A DNA stretch of 64,000 nt from Eledone cirrhosa (taxonomy: Eukaryota), in contig OZ024748.1 in NCBI GenBank assembly GCA_964016885.1, positions 42,160,001 through 42,224,000 of the forward strand, given 5' to 3'. The notes beneath the pieces are model-generated. The model did no database searches and was not told the origin of the DNA. It saw nothing but the letters and a program-made list of their open reading frames with translations. The position numbers were made by a program, and so were the translations under genes. The first letter of the stretch is position 1. Every line of letters starts with the position of its first letter. Below are positions 62,288 through 64,000 of this stretch, piece after piece.

Positions 62288-63034
62288 AAGACAATGGAAA
62301 AAAACAAGAGAAAGACAAAACAGTCCCATCTCCTCAGTCAACCTCTGGGAATCACTATAGTTTCAGTTCATTAAGGTCAATACTATTCATTCCAGTGTAC
62401 ATTGGGACATAACAAAACAGAGACAAGTTATGACTTTAGGTAAATGACACAAATATAGAGTGGAAGGGGTTAGAAAAAGGAGGAAAATATAGAGAAATAG
62501 TAAAACAGAAGAGAATAAGGACTGTAGTCCAACTTGCAGACAAAGAAGGACACTGAGGTGGAGAATAGAGGAAAACAGGCCGAGCGGTGTGATGTCTATT
62601 GTATGATAGTTTTTAAAAAAAGCCTGCATGACTAAGTCTTTAGAATATAAATTCAAAATGGGGAGTGTACAGGAGAAAGAAAATGGAAATAAAACAACAG
62701 AAAGACAGACAGTCACACCTCAGTCAACCTCTGGAAATCATTATGGTTTTAGTTCATATAGGTTGATACTATTCATCCCAGTGTACAATGAATGGGGTTG
62801 ACAAAACAGGCATATATATATAGGTTGGGTTGGGTTGGTATTTGTCTTATGTTATGTCCTAATATAATATATTATTTACGATAAAATAAAGTACCAGTAA
62901 TGTACTGGGTAATTGCTGGCCTTGTGCCAAAAGTAGAAACAATTATTTATTTTATATTATATTGTTTATATTAGAAACAGGCTGTTTTAAGGAAAATGAA
63001 ATTATCTGAATGTGTCGTTTGTTTGGATTATTTA

Positions 63035-63414
63035 AATATTATCCTTCTCTCTATTTCAGAGTCAACTCCCCATCATCATCACAGCTCTGGTGACAATATT
63101 GACCTCTCTATTTCAGAGTCAACTCCCCATCATCATCACAGCTCTGGTGACAATATTATCCTCTCTATTTCAGTCAACTCCCCATCATCATCACAGCTCT
63201 GGTGACAATATTATCCTCTCTATTTCAGTCAACTCCCCATCATCATCACAGCTCTGGTGACAATATTGACCTCTCTATTTCAGAGTCAACTCCCCATCAT
63301 CATCACAGCTCTGGTGACAATATTATCTTCTCTATTTCAGAGTCAACTCCCCATCATCATCACAGCTCTGGTGACAATATTATCCTCTCTATTTCAGAGT
63401 CAACTCCCCATCAT
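63035..63414 (+). repeat. 57/55-bp tandem repeat spanning the ECD intron/exon-2 boundary
   Basis: tttcAG ends at 63059, 63116, 63173, 63228, 63283, 63340 and 63397. Confidence 0.95.
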
Positions 63415-63515
63415 CTGCATGGCTCTGTTCACTTTGGTGACAATATCCAGGATGAATGGTTTGTCGTTTACCTATTGTATCAGCTGACACAACATTTCTC
63501 GGGTCTAACCGCCAA
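63398..63515 (+). CDS. ECD: ECD second coding exon (ESTPHHLHGSVHFGDNIQDEWFVVYLLYQLTQHFSGLTAK)
   Basis: Conserved FGDNI.DEWF.VY motif. The phase-1 acceptor matches exon 1 and the donor is AA|GTAAGT. Confidence 0.93.
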
Positions 63516-63540
63516 GTAAGTTTATTATTATTATTATAAG

Positions 63541-63762
63541 GGCTGTGGATTGGCAGAATCGGTAGAGCGTCGGACACCATGCTTCGCGGCTTGGAGTGAT
63601 GTCCCTTTACAATCTGAGTTCAAATCCCGTCAAGGTTAGATTTGCCTTTCATCCTTACAGGGGTCGATAACATAAAGTACCAGTCACGCACTGGGGTCGA
63701 TTTAATCGACTTTCCCCCTCTCCAAAATTGCTGGCCTTGTGCCGAAAGGAGAAGCCATTATT
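63541..63762 (+). mobile_element. SINE family A
   Basis: Box A, box B and the family body. Confidence 0.88.
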
Positions 63763-64000
63763 AATATCATCATCATCATCATCATCATCCTCGTTTTACT
63801 AATTATTATTGTTGTAGACGGTGAGTGGTAGAACCACAAATGACAAAGGCTTAGAAGTCTATTTTTGCAGTAAGACATTGACTAAATATAAAGTATTACT
63901 GTCAAGATGGTGGTGGTGATGATGGTGGTGGTGGTGTCGGTAGTGGTGGTGTCGGTAGTGGTGGTGTCGGTGGTGGTGGTGCTGCCACCTTCCACCACCA

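Noticed and set aside
62290-62810. Diverged direct duplication (62290-62425 versus 62690-62810)
   Set aside because: It is short and degenerate, with no TSD or internal coding signal, so it cannot be supported as an LTR pair.

Overview
This is an AT-rich, repeat-dense metazoan window. The repeat landscape suggests a cephalopod such as Octopus, but that is inference. It holds three spliced host genes. (1) The 3' part of an unidentified + strand gene (about 5.8-20.1 kb) with an acidic, low-complexity C-terminus and up to three alternative last exons. (2) A complete four-exon LAMTOR2 on the - strand (33559-27519), with a candidate extra upstream coding exon at 39.8 kb. (3) The first two coding exons of ECD/ecdysoneless on the + strand (43126-43324 and 63398-63515), whose exon-2 splice acceptor has been tandemly amplified to seven copies. 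Introns and intergenic DNA contain RTE, Tx1/L1 and CRE-like LINEs, a full-length mariner, Helitrons, TTAA- and TA-flanked MITEs (one four-level nest), two tRNA-derived SINE families, many minisatellites and long (TA)n tracts. Almost all long ORFs in the track outside the LINEs, mariner and exons are repeat artefacts. The most notable non-coding signal is a set of short fold-back elements carrying minimal type I hammerhead ribozyme motifs with covarying stems, resembling Penelope-like pseudo-LTRs. Two of them fold back exactly at what would be the ribozyme stem II loop.
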